A stretch of DNA of 64,000 bases. It comes from Lama glama (taxonomy: Eukaryota). The DNA lies in contig CM052817.1 in NCBI GenBank assembly GCA_028534125.1, forward strand, positions 10,790,001 to 10,854,000, read 5' to 3'. This document shows, in pieces, positions 1-12,943 of the stretch. Within the stretch, counting starts at the first letter, position 1, and the number at the start of each line of letters is the position of its first letter. Position numbers and translations under genes: made by a program. The notes under the pieces were generated by a model. It did no database searches. It was not told the origin of the DNA and was given only the letters and a program-made list of their open reading frames with translations.

Positions 1-1214
1 AACTTTTTCCGAAAGGACAACAGGGAGCACCAGATGAGTTTTTAAACACAGAAATGGCATAGTCAAATTTATTTTTCAATGAAGATCACTCTGACCTTAT
101 AAGGTGGATTAGAAAGGGGCAAAGCTGAACCTGGGGATACTGGAGAGGAAGGTGTTGTTGGAAAGTAGGTAGAAACTTATGACGTAGTCGGGGTAGGAGC
201 CCCTGCACAAGCAGATGTGATGAGTGACGGTCATGCTATGGGAGGCGTGTGTAACACCAGCAGCTTATGGGCAGGAAAAGTTCCTGGGAGTTTGAGAAGT
301 CTCCTTGTAGAATAGTACTGTTTGAGTTTGTTCTTGAAGCCAAGTAGAGACAAGCAGCTATAACTGAATGTCAGTGCGAAGAGAGTTTACCCAACAAAGA
401 ACATTGTTTATGGCACATTGATAATTAAACTTGACCCTCCATTTGCCATGCTTCACTGACCTTCAGTTAAAGGACCCAGCATATGTGTGCTGTTATTTTA
501 ATGAAGAGCATTCCCACCACCAACCCTCATACCAATCCCCAGCAAGTCTATATGGTTCTTTAAGAGTCATTACCATGGGCGCTCACACTTCCATCATAAA
601 ACCTCAAATGAATGTGTCTCACAACCACTTTGCTTTCTCATTGAGGCTGTTCAAATGTCAATGGTTTTAGCACTGAGCTTAACCTTTACGTATTTTCACC
701 AGAGTTTCAGAAACACAGCCTGTGTTGGATTTTCCTCACGGCGGTGGGTGGGAATGTTTTAGACACACAGTTATAAGCCAAGAAGTCTGGCAGCGCCATC
801 CAACTGCCTTTGAGATATCATGCATGTTTGGGTGCTTGCAGTAAGGCAATGGTGCTTCACTACATTCAAATGTCAAGCAAATAATAGTCATTCGTTTATC
901 ACTCATTCAACACAATATTTACCGAGAGTCCATTATGAGACAAGCAATCTCAGAGACCATGAGAATAAGAGACTTGAACAAAATAAGGTCTTCATGGAGT
1001 TTATATTCTAGTGGAAGAGACAGACCATCATACAAATAATGGGTCAGGGTGGAAAGTGCTGTGTAAAAAAATTCATCATGGGAAGAAATGGCTAAAAGCC
1101 ATATTCCATTGGTCTCCAAGAAGTGGAGAGACTGTACTTTATGTAAGTGGTTACAAAAGAGTCTCAGTTACGTTTTTGACTTCAAAAATATTGGAAGATA
1201 ATTGACCTAAGTGT

Positions 1215-1764
1215 ACATGTGAATTTGCCTACTTTTGGTAATTCATGGATTTTTGCGGAGTGTGGAGAATTCTGAGTCATCTGGAGTGCACGTTTCCAGC
1301 TAAGGTCTAAGGAGGTAGTGCTCTGCCTTCTTGTTTCAGCTTTCATATTGTAAACAAATGTCATTTTTAAAGGCTACTTAGCGCCATGTTTTCTGCATTT
1401 TTGTGCTTTTCCTCAGTGATTTGTTGTTCAAAATGGCTCCTGAAGTATGGTGTTAATTTACTGTTCTTAAGTTCAGTGGGCTGTGATGTGCTTTATGGGG
1501 AAAATACCTGTGTTAGAATAAGCTTCATTCGTTTGCTGGTGGCTGAATTCGGTGTTGAAGAGTCAACAACATACATTAAACAAGGTGTCTTTAAACAAAA
1601 ATGCAGATAAAACAAAGTTATTCGTTGATTAGTGAACAAACAGCACAGCATGAGGCTCACAGGAAGCTAACTGTAGGCCTCCCGCAGGAGCAGTGGTTCC
1701 GTATTCACTAATTCTGTGTTAACGGCGACTTTCGAACATAACAATGGCAAAGGAGGATTGACTG
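1215..1764. mobile_element. MER82-like TcMar-Tigger DNA transposon
   Basis: Colinear match to recalled MER82 (ctctgccttcttgtttcagc...aaggtgtctttaaaca...gcgactttcgaacataac); ends gattgactg followed by a TA target site. Confidence 0.75.
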
Positions 1765-1809
1765 TATCTCTCCCCTCCTTCTCTTTCCATTGCCATATAC
1801 TGAGAGGCA

Positions 1810-2045
1810 TCGTAGTATTGTTGAAAAAACACGGACTTCAGAATTAAACAAAACTGGACTTTAATCCAGATTAAATATGTGTGATTTGGGGCAAGATCAT
1901 TCATCACACTGGGCTTCAATTTTATGATCTTTAAAATATAAATAACACTAACAGGGTTATAAGCAGGGTTGCTGCGAGGATTAAAGAAAATAACAAATGA
2001 ACACCAATTATTCAGCACATAGTAGGTACTAATTAAATTACAGCT
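1810..2045 (+). mobile_element. MIR SINE
   Basis: MIR core and tail: tgtgtgatttggggcaag...gaggattaaaga...gcacatagtagg. Confidence 0.7.
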
Positions 2046-2679
2046 ACTTTAAAAATATCATCTAAATTTTTGATGTTAAGTATGTCTGGCTAGTGGAAAT
2101 TGTATAATGGTAGATAATCACTTGAATATTTTGAAAGTAAATCTCTTTTTTAATTGAAACAATATTTCATGCATATGCTAAAAGCTGAAAAGAAACCAAA
2201 GGGCTTGCATGAACAGGGAGCCTCTATCTTGCCTCCATCTCCCAGTTGCTCTCCCCAGAGGCGACTACTGTTAAGTGTTGTATATATTTCTAGAAGATTT
2301 AGATGCAAACACAGGTATTTACAGAAGACTTCAGGACAAACACTTCATTTTAAAAATTAGGAAAAAAGTAAAATAAAAATGATGAGTCCTTACAACTCTT
2401 CAGATTTTAAAAGCATTGGTGATAACAACTCTGGGTTTTTGCTCTGTGATTTGCCCCTTCAATACAAATGTCCTGTTGGAAGCAGTTGAAAAGTGAGCTA
2501 CTTCATTGGTAAAGGGTATTCAACTAGTTCTGGCTCTTTGGGTCCCCCTCCCCTATCCCTGCCATGCTGACTCTCTACCTGTCAACACAATTGATTATCT
2601 GTCTACCTGCAGCCACTACCTCGTTCTTCCTTGCTCTGAGAACTCCCATCACTTCAGATACTCGTTGACAATCTATTCC

Positions 2680-3038
2680 AAGGGATGACTTATGATTGGT
2701 CTAAATCAGTGTACTCTCTCTCCCAAAAGACTGATTTCAAAATCACTATGTGACCCAGTTCCCTGATGCAACATAAAGAGAACTTTCTCCTCCTTCCTGT
2801 TTGGAGATTTTGGTGTGTGAAGCTGCTACAGCCGTCTTGCATGTCTCCATAAGCATTGCCAACCCCAGCTGGCCAACTAGAAAGATGACAAAAGCATGGA
2901 CTCTAGTGACATTGCTGAGCTGCTAAACTGCCTCTAGCACTCCTTAGCTCTGGACACAGGTAAGCAACTGCCCTTGCTCTTGTAGCCATATTTTGCTCAA
3001 TATCCTGTTACTTGCAGCCAAAAGCATCCTAAATGACC
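2680..3038 (+). mobile_element. Old MLT1 (J/K/L-type) MaLR LTR
   Basis: MLT1 3' end tgttacttgcagccaaaagcatcctaaatga; internal gattggtctaa and atgtgacccagtt. Confidence 0.65.
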
Positions 3039-3299
3039 TAGCTCAAAACTCACTCCAACACATTTGGATGAGCTTCTCTGCCTGGGCCTTTTGCATTTCC
3101 ACAGCCCTCTCACACCGTTTTATTCTTTTCCCTCTGGCTCTAGCTCCACAGTTCTCCCCAGATCCCTCCCCCTCCTCCACGAACCCAGACAACCAGCTTC
3201 CTTCCTGAGGGAGCTGCCAGACATCTGGGAAAAACTGCAGAGTTTGGATCAGTAAATGCCACAATTTATTCTCCAATTCATGTAATGTTGAAATGATTC

Positions 3300-3600
3300 A
3301 ATGTTCATTTTTCATTTGTTCACCAAATATTTATTAAACTTCTATTTATTAAGTACCAGGAACTGTGCTTGATACAGGAATATAATTGCAAGTAAAACAA
3401 ATGTTCTCTGCTCTGAGTGAGTTTATAGTCTACTGTATAAGCAAATAATCATACAAATCAAGGTATAACTGCAAACTCTGAAAAGGTGAATGCAGAAAAG
3501 CACAGGGTGCTCACTGACCGATGAGCCAGAGGATGGAGAAAACTGTCAGGAGGAAGGGCTCCTCCATCTGGGCTTAATTTGGAGGAGTCTTGAACTCAGG
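3300..3600 (-). mobile_element. L2 LINE 3' fragment
   Basis: ttcatttgttcaccaaatatttattaa...ccaggaactgtgct...gagtttatagtcta is the reverse of the L2 3' end. Confidence 0.65.
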
Positions 3601-4015
3601 AAAAAATTACACTTTTATTCTCACTGCCTTCTAACTGAAATTTGGCATTTCCTTCCATTTATAACTTTGGCCATCAAATATAGTGGCATGACAGTAGTTG
3701 TGGAGATCTTGAAGTAGTGTTTACATTCACCCCTACTTTGAAATTATTATAGTTATTATACCTGCCACAAGTTCATGATACTTGATGAATTAATAAAGAC
3801 ACACACACACATATGTGTGTATGTGTGTGTATTTGCATATATATATATATATATCTTATGACATAACAATTTTTAAAAAATATTTTGAAACCTATTTCAA
3901 TAGAAGTACATTCCTATATATTTTATGGATGTTAAAACAGTGTCCTAAGAAGAGGGTACACAGACTTTATCAGACTGCTAAAGAGATTTTTGGCACAAAA
4001 ATCGTTAAGAACATT
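3600..4015. mobile_element. Charlie4a/MER80-like hAT transposon
   Basis: cagactttatcagactgctaaagag...ggcacaaaaatcgttaagaac; opposite orientation to the copy at 54775-55228. Confidence 0.6.
3799..3853. repeat. Compound (CA)/(TG)/(TA) microsatellite
   Basis: Direct reading. Confidence 0.9.
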
Positions 4016-4609
4016 TTTTAAGTGATGTTAATGGTAGGAGTTACCAAGAAAAATTAATGTCGTCATCTCCTTTCCCTACTACTATCCCTCGGGTATTCAC
4101 TGTGTTTCCAAAGGTCCACATAAGAGTCTCTGCAGAAGAGCTGGGGCCCAGAGGAAGGGCTTGGAGAGGTAGAAACAGAAATAACTCACCTGGGAGAGGG
4201 AGAGATGCTCCAGTATTAGAAAGAGCAGGAGATGGGGGTGGTTGCTGCCCGTAAGAGGTAGCAGCACTCTCCCTTGGAAGTCCTGAGGAGGTGCTGGGGC
4301 CTGACAACCATGACAACCATGGATAAAGAGCTTAGGGGTGAGCCCAGGGGCTGGCATCGGGCATGAAGTCTCCTGGCCTCAGCACTGATCCTCATGCAAA
4401 TCACAGCACAGAGGAGCAGACTTTCTGAGCTTCGACAACGAGCATCGCAGCAGTGACTTTGATGTTATGAAGACCAGAAGCCCTAGACACTGCCTAGGCC
4501 CTGCTGACCAAAACTTTTTTTAAAGAATGGAAATGGAATTTCTTGTCTCCCTGGTGAGCTGGGACTCAAAATCTTATTTTTTTTTTAATAAATCATGTGC
4601 CATTTTTTA

Positions 4610-5420
4610 TACCAGGTGTTATAGTTGAATAAGATACATATCTGCTCTATTGAGAGCTGAAGTATGAATGGAAGTTAACTTAGTAAGTTACTCAGGTTGG
4701 TAGGGCTGTTCTTGGCAGAAAGCATCATATGTCAAGACCCAGGGAATGAGAAAGAGCACGACATTAGTGGAAAGGCCAGTGTGCCTCAGGGTAAGACTGG
4801 AGAGGGAGATGGAAGGTTGCAACTACAGAGCCTTCCCTTCTATAGGGCGTGTTAAGTTATATGGCCATTCCCATAACAATTGTTTAGGCTTTAAGTATCT
4901 GTTTAGGATGGGGTAAGCAGAAAAGAGGGGTGTGAAATAATCAAATTTGCATCTTAAATATATGTCCTTGGCTGACGTGTGGAGAGAGTTTTTGGAGAAG
5001 TATGAAAGTGGCGATGTGGAGGCTGTTTAAAAATCTACTGCAATTGTCCAGCAAGAGGTGATGCTAACGTGAACTAGAGAGGAGGCAATGTAGTGAAATG
5101 GTGGGGGTGGGGTGGGGATTCAAGGAAAAAGAAATAAACTTGATCAGATTTGGGGAGGAATCAGACCTCCAGGGTGAGATGTCAGAGGGCCTGGCTTGTA
5201 AGCATCATGCTATGGCATTCCTTGGGGTGGTACCATTCCCTGAAATAAAGCTCCCTAAGGAAGGAATAGATTTCAGCCAGGAAGAGGAGAGGACACAGAT
5301 CAGAATTTTTGTTATGATAATATTGAAAATGAAGTGGTTTGAGATGTATCAGCTGAGGTTGAACAAGTGGTTGGATGTATGGATATAAGAGAGGAGTATC
5401 CATTAGCTGTACAGATTCAA
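4610..5420 (-). mobile_element. L2 LINE body fragment
   Basis: Purine-rich L2 antisense motifs (aatcaaatttgcatctt, ctactgcaattgtccag, gtggttggatgtatgg). Confidence 0.55.
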
Positions 5421-5487
5421 GCAAATTTCTTTAAATTTTAAGATTTTGAGCCACTCTAAATCATTCTTAGCCCTTATATATGCTGGT

Positions 5488-5625
5488 AACAATGATGGTG
5501 ATAATGATTATGGTGACAGTGAGTTGATGATTACAGTGATGGTGGTTGCTGATGTTGATGGTGATGTTGATTTTGATGATGATGGTGATGGTGTTGATGA
5601 AGGTGTTGGTGGTGTAATGGTAATA
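5488..5625. repeat. Degenerate (GAT/GGT)n low-complexity tract
   Basis: gatgatgatggtgatggtgttgatg; explains the Asp/Gly/Val-rich ORF 5446-5640. Confidence 0.85.
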
Positions 5626-5859
5626 GGTAACACTCATTGACAATTATTCTATTTTGAGCACTTTGGTACAGTATTCTACTTAATTATTATAATAATAATA
5701 TATGTTTTATTAATAATCTATTTTATGGTTAGGAAGCTGAGGCCCAAGATCACATAGCCAATTAGTGGCAGAGGCACGATCCAAATCCAATGTGTTTCAT
5801 AAAGTGTAAACACTAATCATATTTACCTTAGAGGGTTTTTGTGAAGATGACATTTTAAA

Positions 5860-6105
5860 ATGATAATAATTGATATTTATGAAGCACTTATTATATGCCA
5901 GACACTGTTTTAAGTGTTTTGCTTGGATTAACTCATTTAATCCTTGCAACAATATGATGAGCTAAGTACCATTATTGTTATCCTCACTTTAGAGATGAGA
6001 AAATGGAGGCACTTCATTGAAGTGGGCTTCAATGATTTGCTTGTATCTGAGTAAGTCAGACACAAGATTAGGGCCAAGGAAGTTTGGCTCCAGAGTCCAA
6101 GATGT
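5860..6105 (-). mobile_element. MIR SINE
   Basis: gcacttattatatgccagacactgttttaagtg...ctcatttaatcct...gatgagaaaatggaggcac. Confidence 0.8.
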
Positions 6106-6464
6106 TGCCCAGTATGTTACATTATTTCCTATCCACCAAGCATTTAAGAAAGTTCTTGCTGCATGGCAAGCATCCAATGCCACTGTCTCAGCACTTAACC
6201 AAGGACACTGATGCTTTGCAAAAGATGAGGAGCTAAGCCTACATTTGCATTAAAGGCCAAGTTCTGAAACATAAGAACACCTGTCACAAAGTAGATGCTT
6301 AAACAATATGTGTTAAATGAATGAATGAGCCCAGGAAGACAGTAGCAAACTAATGAAAATGTAAGACTTGTTCTACCACTGTCTCTCAGATCTGTCCCTT
6401 GGAACTATCACTTCTCTTCTTAGACCTTATTTCATTCAGTTGTAAAATGTGTTGGTGGAACCAT

Positions 6465-6640
6465 TAGAAAGGACAAATGGCCTACATGTTCTGTGCAGTC
6501 ATTTCCTACTCCTGCCCCCCAGACATTACTAATCCATCACAGCACCATCTCCCACTGAGCCCAAGCCCACCTTCAAGACCATACACTCAAAAATCATCAG
6601 GACCCCAACTCAAGATTCAACCGGTTAGCAGACCCTGAAT
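6465..6640. mobile_element. MER103-like hAT element nested in a MIR3-like SINE
   Basis: cagacattactaatccatcacagcacc...cccactgagccc; MIR halves on both sides. Confidence 0.55.
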
Positions 6641-7929
6641 TCCATGACGTCTGAAGTCTCTTCCAACCCTGACATCTCATCCCTCTCGGAAATAAGTCCT
6701 GCTTTCTTAAGATCTTCTGCATGATTCTGCAGCTTTCAAATGTCTTCACTCAACTCCAAACCTAAACCCTTGGCTGGATGGGCCTGTGTTCTCTTCAGGC
6801 CATAAGGGGAGAATGAGAACCACATGCTGACAGGGCTGCAGTCTATTCACGCATCTGCCTGGTGACGTTGAAACTGCTGTGGCAACTGGAGGCCACGCGC
6901 CGCTGTCAGCAGCATCCTTCATGAGAGGCCTTCCTACGTTTCCTAGACATTCCCAGAGTTCTCAGGAGTAATCGGCTCTTTTTTTTTTTTTTTTGCAAGA
7001 ATTTTGCTCTTCCTAAATTCATTTCCCGTCAGCCTGTTCACAGCTGCTGTCTACTAGCCCCAAGCAAACTGAAATGAAAGGGCTCTTGCTGACTCCCCAA
7101 CCTCCCAACACAACCCCAGAAAAATGGGACTCTCATCCTCTTGGGGGTGTGGAACCTCCTCTTGCTTCCGTCCGTCTTCTCTCTGCAGCTGTGCACTGAG
7201 ATTTTAGCAGGCACTCTGACCAGACACACATTTTAAACAGCTTTGTAGCTATTTTTCACCATCTGCTTTTCGTACTGGAACCAACAACTGTCTTTGAGCA
7301 TCATTTTGTATTTCTCCCAGCCCCCTTTCAACGCTGAATCAAGACCTATTACCAACCCTAAACTGAGTGAGGGGATAACAATATTTACAATATTATTCTT
7401 TGTGTGCAGACACCAACAAACCAAATGAGCCCATCTGGGTGTCAACCATCAGTCAGTCCCCAACACACTCTGCAGACTGGCCATGAGGAGAGGTCTCAAC
7501 AGGACAAGGCTGCACGAGAAGTCTGGGATCCCACTTGGCTGCTGACGCCCCGAGCACGACCCTCAGCCAGTTTCTTCACTTCTCTGGGCTTCGGTTACTT
7601 CATCTGTTCAGTGTTCCCACCAAGCCACTTTCTCCACAGCTCCTGAGATGAGACACCCCCCTGATGCTCTGGAGGCAGGAAGTAACTAGCCAAGACAAAG
7701 AGCAAGAGAACAGGGTTGGAGAGGCCCCCTGTCTCAGGTGTGGGTGGGAAGAAATGCTGGGAGGAGGAACACAGCCACACACCAATTTCCAATGATTCTT
7801 CCAACAGCTGTACTGGGTAGTGAGCAGGGATGGGGTACTTCCTGTACCCAAGCAGCAGAAAGACGCTGAGCCTGGGTCCTTCCAAAGGTGGGTTCTTCCC
7901 AAGAAGATGACTTGTAAACACAGAGTGAT

Positions 7930-8165
7930 GCACTCATGACCCTCCCACAGGCCCTCTCACAACAGGGCACGTCTTCAAAGTCAGCAAGAGAATCTCTCGC
8001 TCTAGTCTACTAAGATGGAGTCTTCTATAATGTAGCGCAGGGAAGTGACATCTTATCACCTTTGCCATATTCTTCTGACTAGAAGCAAGTCACAGATTCC
8101 ACTCAGACTCAAGGAGAGGGGACTGTACAAAAGCATGACTCATTGGGTGTCAACTTAGAATCCTG
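7930..8165 (-). mobile_element. MLT1 (F/G/H-type) MaLR LTR fragment
   Basis: ggaagtgacatcttatcacctttgccatattc...tagaagcaagtcac...actcaaggagagggga. Confidence 0.75.
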
Positions 8166-8429
8166 TGATCTCCACCAGCAGCCTATGACCTCTTCCACAT
8201 GGAATCCCCTGACTCCTTAGCAGCCAAGCACCACTCTGGTGCAGGGCTCTCTGGTGAGGGCATCGCCTGACCTCAGAGGTCCTGATCTAATCCTGCCTTG
8301 TACAGCACATTCACTGATGAGACTTTCAGTTCATAAATCTGCAAATATTTATTGACAATATACTACATACCAGCAGTGTAAATTTTTTTAAATTGTATTA
8401 ATCATTATTAAAAACACATTTGTGATGAA

Positions 8430-8610
8430 CTTTGCAATTTATAAAGGGCTTTGACTCGTCCTCTGATTTGATCCTTACAACAACCAACAAGGGAAATACC
8501 ATTGTCCTCGTACTGCATGTGAGGAAACTGGACTTCTGGAATCTTGATGACATAGTCATGATCACGTGTGTAGTAAGTGACAGAATCAAGATGGGAACCA
8601 AACATCCTAC
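8430..8610 (-). mobile_element. MIR SINE
   Basis: tttgatccttacaacaacc...catgtgaggaaactg. Confidence 0.65.
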
Positions 8611-9601
8611 GTTCTTATCTCTAGGAGTGTATGTCTAGTTGAAAAAGTATAATAAATGTGTATTTCCATCAAGAGATCAGAAACAATGAATGGAAAATGT
8701 ACTGAAGAGGTATAGGATCAGCGTGATCCTAAAGGGTTTTTCAGAAAGGCTAGTCTGGCCCAGGAGGATCTCACAGATGAGGTGGGATGTGAATTCGATC
8801 CCAAAGAGCAGGATTCATGTGTTTGATGGGGTGGGTGAAACGACGAGCATCTAAGAGGAAGGAATGAGTTGAATAGAATGGGAAGGGAGAAAATTATGAG
8901 ATATTCTAGGGGCACCAGGGGAAAACTGCCCAGACGAAAAGAGGCCCCAGTAGGAGAAAAGTGGAAGGAAAGACTGGAAAGGCATTTGGAACTCCAGTAG
9001 CCTCTTTGGGATTTAAACACTGTGGCATCAGTGGGCCCCCAACCTCCTTAGCCTTCCTGGAATTTCATGCCTAAGTGGCAACCTGCACACCTGACTGACA
9101 CTGAGCTCCCCAGGGCAGCAGGCTGGGGCCAGGCACCCCTCTGCTGCCGGAGCTTGGACACTGGGCTCACCTGGTGAGGCAGCTGAGCGGAAAGGGCTGG
9201 ACAGATCTGGTGTGCTCGCAATGCCCCAGGTAGGTGGCTTTGATCTTGCTGAGCCTGCTTCTACCTCCACAAAATGGAGGTTCAAAGTACCTACATTGCA
9301 GAATTGTAGAGTAGGAAAAATAAGTTCGTATCTGCAAGGTGCATAGCTCTACCTGTTCAACAAAGAGGGGCAATTATTGCAAAGTGATACCTAGCCATTG
9401 GTATGGTACAGGGACCCCCCATAGTCCCAGAAGTTCTACATGCGTCTTCCTCCATCATGTGCCCCCCAAAGTCTTCTCCTTGTTTACCATTACTTACAAA
9501 ATAATTGTTATTTTCAGAAATGACTTCTTTCACCACTTGGTCATTGGTGATAAAAGTGAAAATAAATTAACAAGTAGCACAGAAGTTCTCTTAGATCAGA
9601 G

Positions 9602-9798
9602 CAGCAGTTCTTAACCAGGGGACATCCCGCTAGGCCTGGAGATGCTGGTTGTCACTACTGGAGGGTGTTACACATCTAGTAGGCTGAGGCCAAGGACACT
9701 TCTAAGCACCCTACATCCCAGGACAGCCTCCACCCTACACACTCTGCAAAGAATTTTTCAGCCCCAAATGTCAATAGCGCTGAGGTTGAGAAACTCTA
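9602..9798 (+). mobile_element. MER20 hAT-Charlie transposon
   Basis: Both termini present (cagcagttcttaacc...caaatgtcaatagcgctgaggttgagaaactcta); internal caggacagcc. Confidence 0.85.
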
Positions 9799-10044
9799 GG
9801 CCAGAGATGAGGAGATCTGGGTCCCGGTCTTTGCTTTGAATAAGCTCTGTGATAAACAGGCCTTTAACTTATCTGGGCTTCGGTTTTCTTATCTCTAAAA
9901 TGAAAACTTCAGCTTAGATGTGCCTGCAACAAAGTGAAAAAAAAAAGTTGTAGCAAACTTTTCATAAAACTCCATGTATTCACTTTGAAATTTTGTTCCT
10001 TTTACTGAGACTGCTTTGTTGGAGAAGGATGATAAATACCCCTT

Positions 10045-10136
10045 CTTTTATTTTATATTTTTTATCTATTCTTTTTCAGATTCTTTTCCATTATAGGTTA
10101 TTACAAGATATTGAGTATAGTTCTCTGTGCTATACA
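10045..10136 (-). mobile_element. Short L1 3' end fragment (artiodactyl type)
   Basis: ctttttcagattcttttccattataggttattacaagatattgagtatagttctctgtgctataca. Confidence 0.8.
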
Positions 10137-10989
10137 ATGTAATATCACTTCTTTTAAAAATAGTTGTGATCGTTAAGTTGAAAAACATCAAAGTATTCAT
10201 AGCAAAAAAAAAAAAGCAAGTTCCATGTCAGCTCCACAAACTTAAAAGATTTTATTTGTCAATGAAATCCAAATTTTGAGAAACCCAGCCTCCATGATCT
10301 CAAAGATCTCTTCCAGCTTCAGTGAGCTAGGATTCTTTCGGACTCTATTAAAAGAATTACTAGAAAGTTGCTGCCTCGTGAAGTGTTATGCTTTTCTGAA
10401 AAACACGCTGGATTAACCGAGGTTCACTCAGGAAACCAGTAGCTAGTCTATGTACTCCAGGCATTGGAATTAAGGGGTTATACAACCAGTGGAGGAGCTG
10501 GGAAGTAAAACCCAGAGCAGCCACCACTGAAGCCAGTGTTGAAGTCTTTGGCCTGAACTGCTGAAGCAGGTGGTTCTCAAGAATGTGTCTGGAAGCCTCT
10601 GTGAGTTTCACCTCCAGGCACACATCTACTGCAACTGCCCTCAGAACATTCCGGCTCCTGCTCTTCAACTTTCCAAATCTCTCTCCAGACTTGCAAGTGC
10701 CTATCACTGGCAAAGTGGGGGAAGGGGTTTGGGGATATGTAGTCTCTGCTTCTCCTCTGTGATGCGATGGGGACCTCAGAAGGACCACAATCCAACACAC
10801 ACACACACACTAAAAAGACCCAGATACCATCCCATCTTCCACCCACTTCCTTCTGCTCCATCCCTGCACAGATGCTGGGAGTCAAGCAAACCACAGCTCT
10901 GTTCAGAGGACAGCTTGCCTCTGAGCATGTGTTTCTCGATGGAAGAGGAGAATTTGAAAAAAAAAAAAAAAACGGGGGGGGGAGGTGGA

Positions 10990-11720
10990 GTTCAATGAGT
11001 TAAACAAATCAACATTGTTTACCAAAATGCCTGACTTTTTAAATAATTCCTGGCCTGATCTGCAACGATTGTTGGGAGGCTCGTTGGAGTTTTCAATTCC
11101 CCATTAGCATTTTGTAAGCCAACAAGTCTCCGAGCTTCAAATCCTGTGACCAGCACATGAAGCTATAAACCATTGTTCTGCTGACGCGGTAATTGCCTGA
11201 CATGGCTACCTGGTTCGAACTCGTGCTTAGTATGCAAATACGCTCCAAGAACGCATTTGACAATCACTTTTCTGTCCACAGAAACTGCCCCTTGACAGAA
11301 AACGCGTTCTGAAAATGACTTTCTATTTTTCGCCTTTAAAACTAAAGCTTGCAAGTCCGATGGCAGCGGAGAGCAACAACATGTGCTTATAATTATGATT
11401 ACCACCAGGGCATTCAACCTTACAGAGGGGGAAAGGGGCCCGCCGAGGGGGGCGCACACCAGAGGAAACCAGCCCAGTCGGGTCGGCTATTCCCGGGTAA
11501 TGGGAGAAACTCGATTGTGGAAAGCAGTGCTGGTTTCACTCCAGACTCTACAGAAATGTTGCGTGGGCAGAATGAGAAATGCTGACAAACAAAATCGAGC
11601 TTCAGGGATCTGTTTTCTGCAGTGGGCTGGAGGAGCTCTCACGAAAAGCCAGCCCTGCCCCCAGCAACTTCCCCAGTGTGGATCTTTGATAAACCAGGCA
11701 TCCACTTGCTCCAGCTTCGT
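10990..11720. promoter_or_regulatory. Candidate enhancer/promoter-like island
   Basis: No recognisable repeat; about 22 CpG in 11041-11580; FOX, SOX and octamer motifs. Function is inferred only. Confidence 0.45.
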
Positions 11721-11799
11721 CGACCAGTGTGCAGCTCTGCTCCCAGGGAGGGTTTTGGGTCCTCTGACTTCTGTCCTACCCTGTCCTATTTCTGGATCT

Positions 11800-12000
11800 T
11801 AAGAGTGAGTTTGCAATCAGAGAAGTAAGTCTTTGAATCCCAGCTCTCATGCTGCATAATTTGCGCAGGTAATATAACTTCCCCGACTTTCAGCCTCTCA
11901 AATGGGATGATAATGCTCACCTCCCAGAACCATCATGGGAATGAAATAAAATAGATGATGTAAAGGAATGCAGGTGCCCATGGGCCACTTATTAAACAAT
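11800..12000 (+). mobile_element. MIR SINE
   Basis: ttgaatcccagctct...aaatgggatgataatgctcacctcc. Confidence 0.65.
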
Positions 12001-12943
12001 GCCCACTGTGAGCATTCCTTTGTTTGGCTCCTGTGCCTCTCGATATGGGCCACTACTTAGGGCTCCATAGTTTTTTATTAAGTAATTTATTGAATATTTA
12101 TTAATTGGGAAGTCTTCCTAGTGGAAGTGACTTCCAAATTACACCAGAATCATGAGTTAGACCGAGCCAGATGCAGGATGGTGTGGAGGAGTGGAGAAAG
12201 GAGAGCTGTATCTTCAGATCACAGTGAGGACAAAGCCCACGGTGCCGACAGCATGAAGGGCTTGTTAACTGAAACAAGTTCCGCGGGGGTGGATGGGGCC
12301 CTGGGGGCCTACAGAGAGCCTGCGGCCAGCCCATGGTCACAAGGCCAGCTAATGGGCAAGTGGGCTGTGGTGTCCCTACCCTTTCCCAAGTCTGTTAAGC
12401 TCTTTGCTTTTCTGGGTACCTCTCTTCTCCCCGCCCCTCCATTTCCTGGTGTTCTTGTTATGAGTCCAGCAGAATCTGGCTGTGTGACTTTGGGCAAGTT
12501 GTTTCTTTGTCCATGCCTACACTTCCTTGCCTCCTGTGGAAGGATCAACAATCACCCTATTTGTAAAAGCATTCTGGAAAACGTAAAGAGAGTGACCCCA
12601 TGGCAAGTGGGACCAGGGTCAATAATGTATGGAGAGAGGCTGAGAAGGCTGGAGGCAAAATGCCTCTGGCGGTGGGAAGAAGGACCATGGAATCCTCTGT
12701 CTACTAACAGTGTCCAAAGGTCCAAAAAGACCTCTCAGCCATTGCCCCAGACCCCTCTGACTCTCCAGAGTCACTTCAGTTAATTCTCAAATGCTATGAG
12801 AAGGTCTAGTGTGTTTGCAATCAGGCAAACTGGAGGTGAAACCCCAACCATGGAGAGCCAATGTCAAGTTACTTAACCTCTGAGAAGTTTTCCCATATGT
12901 ATGAGATGATACACTCACCTGGCAATGTTGTTAAAACTAAATG

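Noticed and set aside
11439..11456. CTCF-like CCCGCCGAGGGGGGCGCA
   Set aside because: Only the 3' half fits; at least three mismatches in the 5' core.
11256..11500. Splice acceptor ttttctgtccacag (ends 11281) and donor-like gg|gtaatg as a coding exon
   Set aside because: The frame I followed closes near 11390 and no frame resembles a known protein; a non-coding exon is untestable here.
12121..12783. Longest ORF (220 aa)
   Set aside because: GTG start, no recognisable domain, and it runs through L2 and MIR remnants (CVTLGKL is a typical MIR translation).
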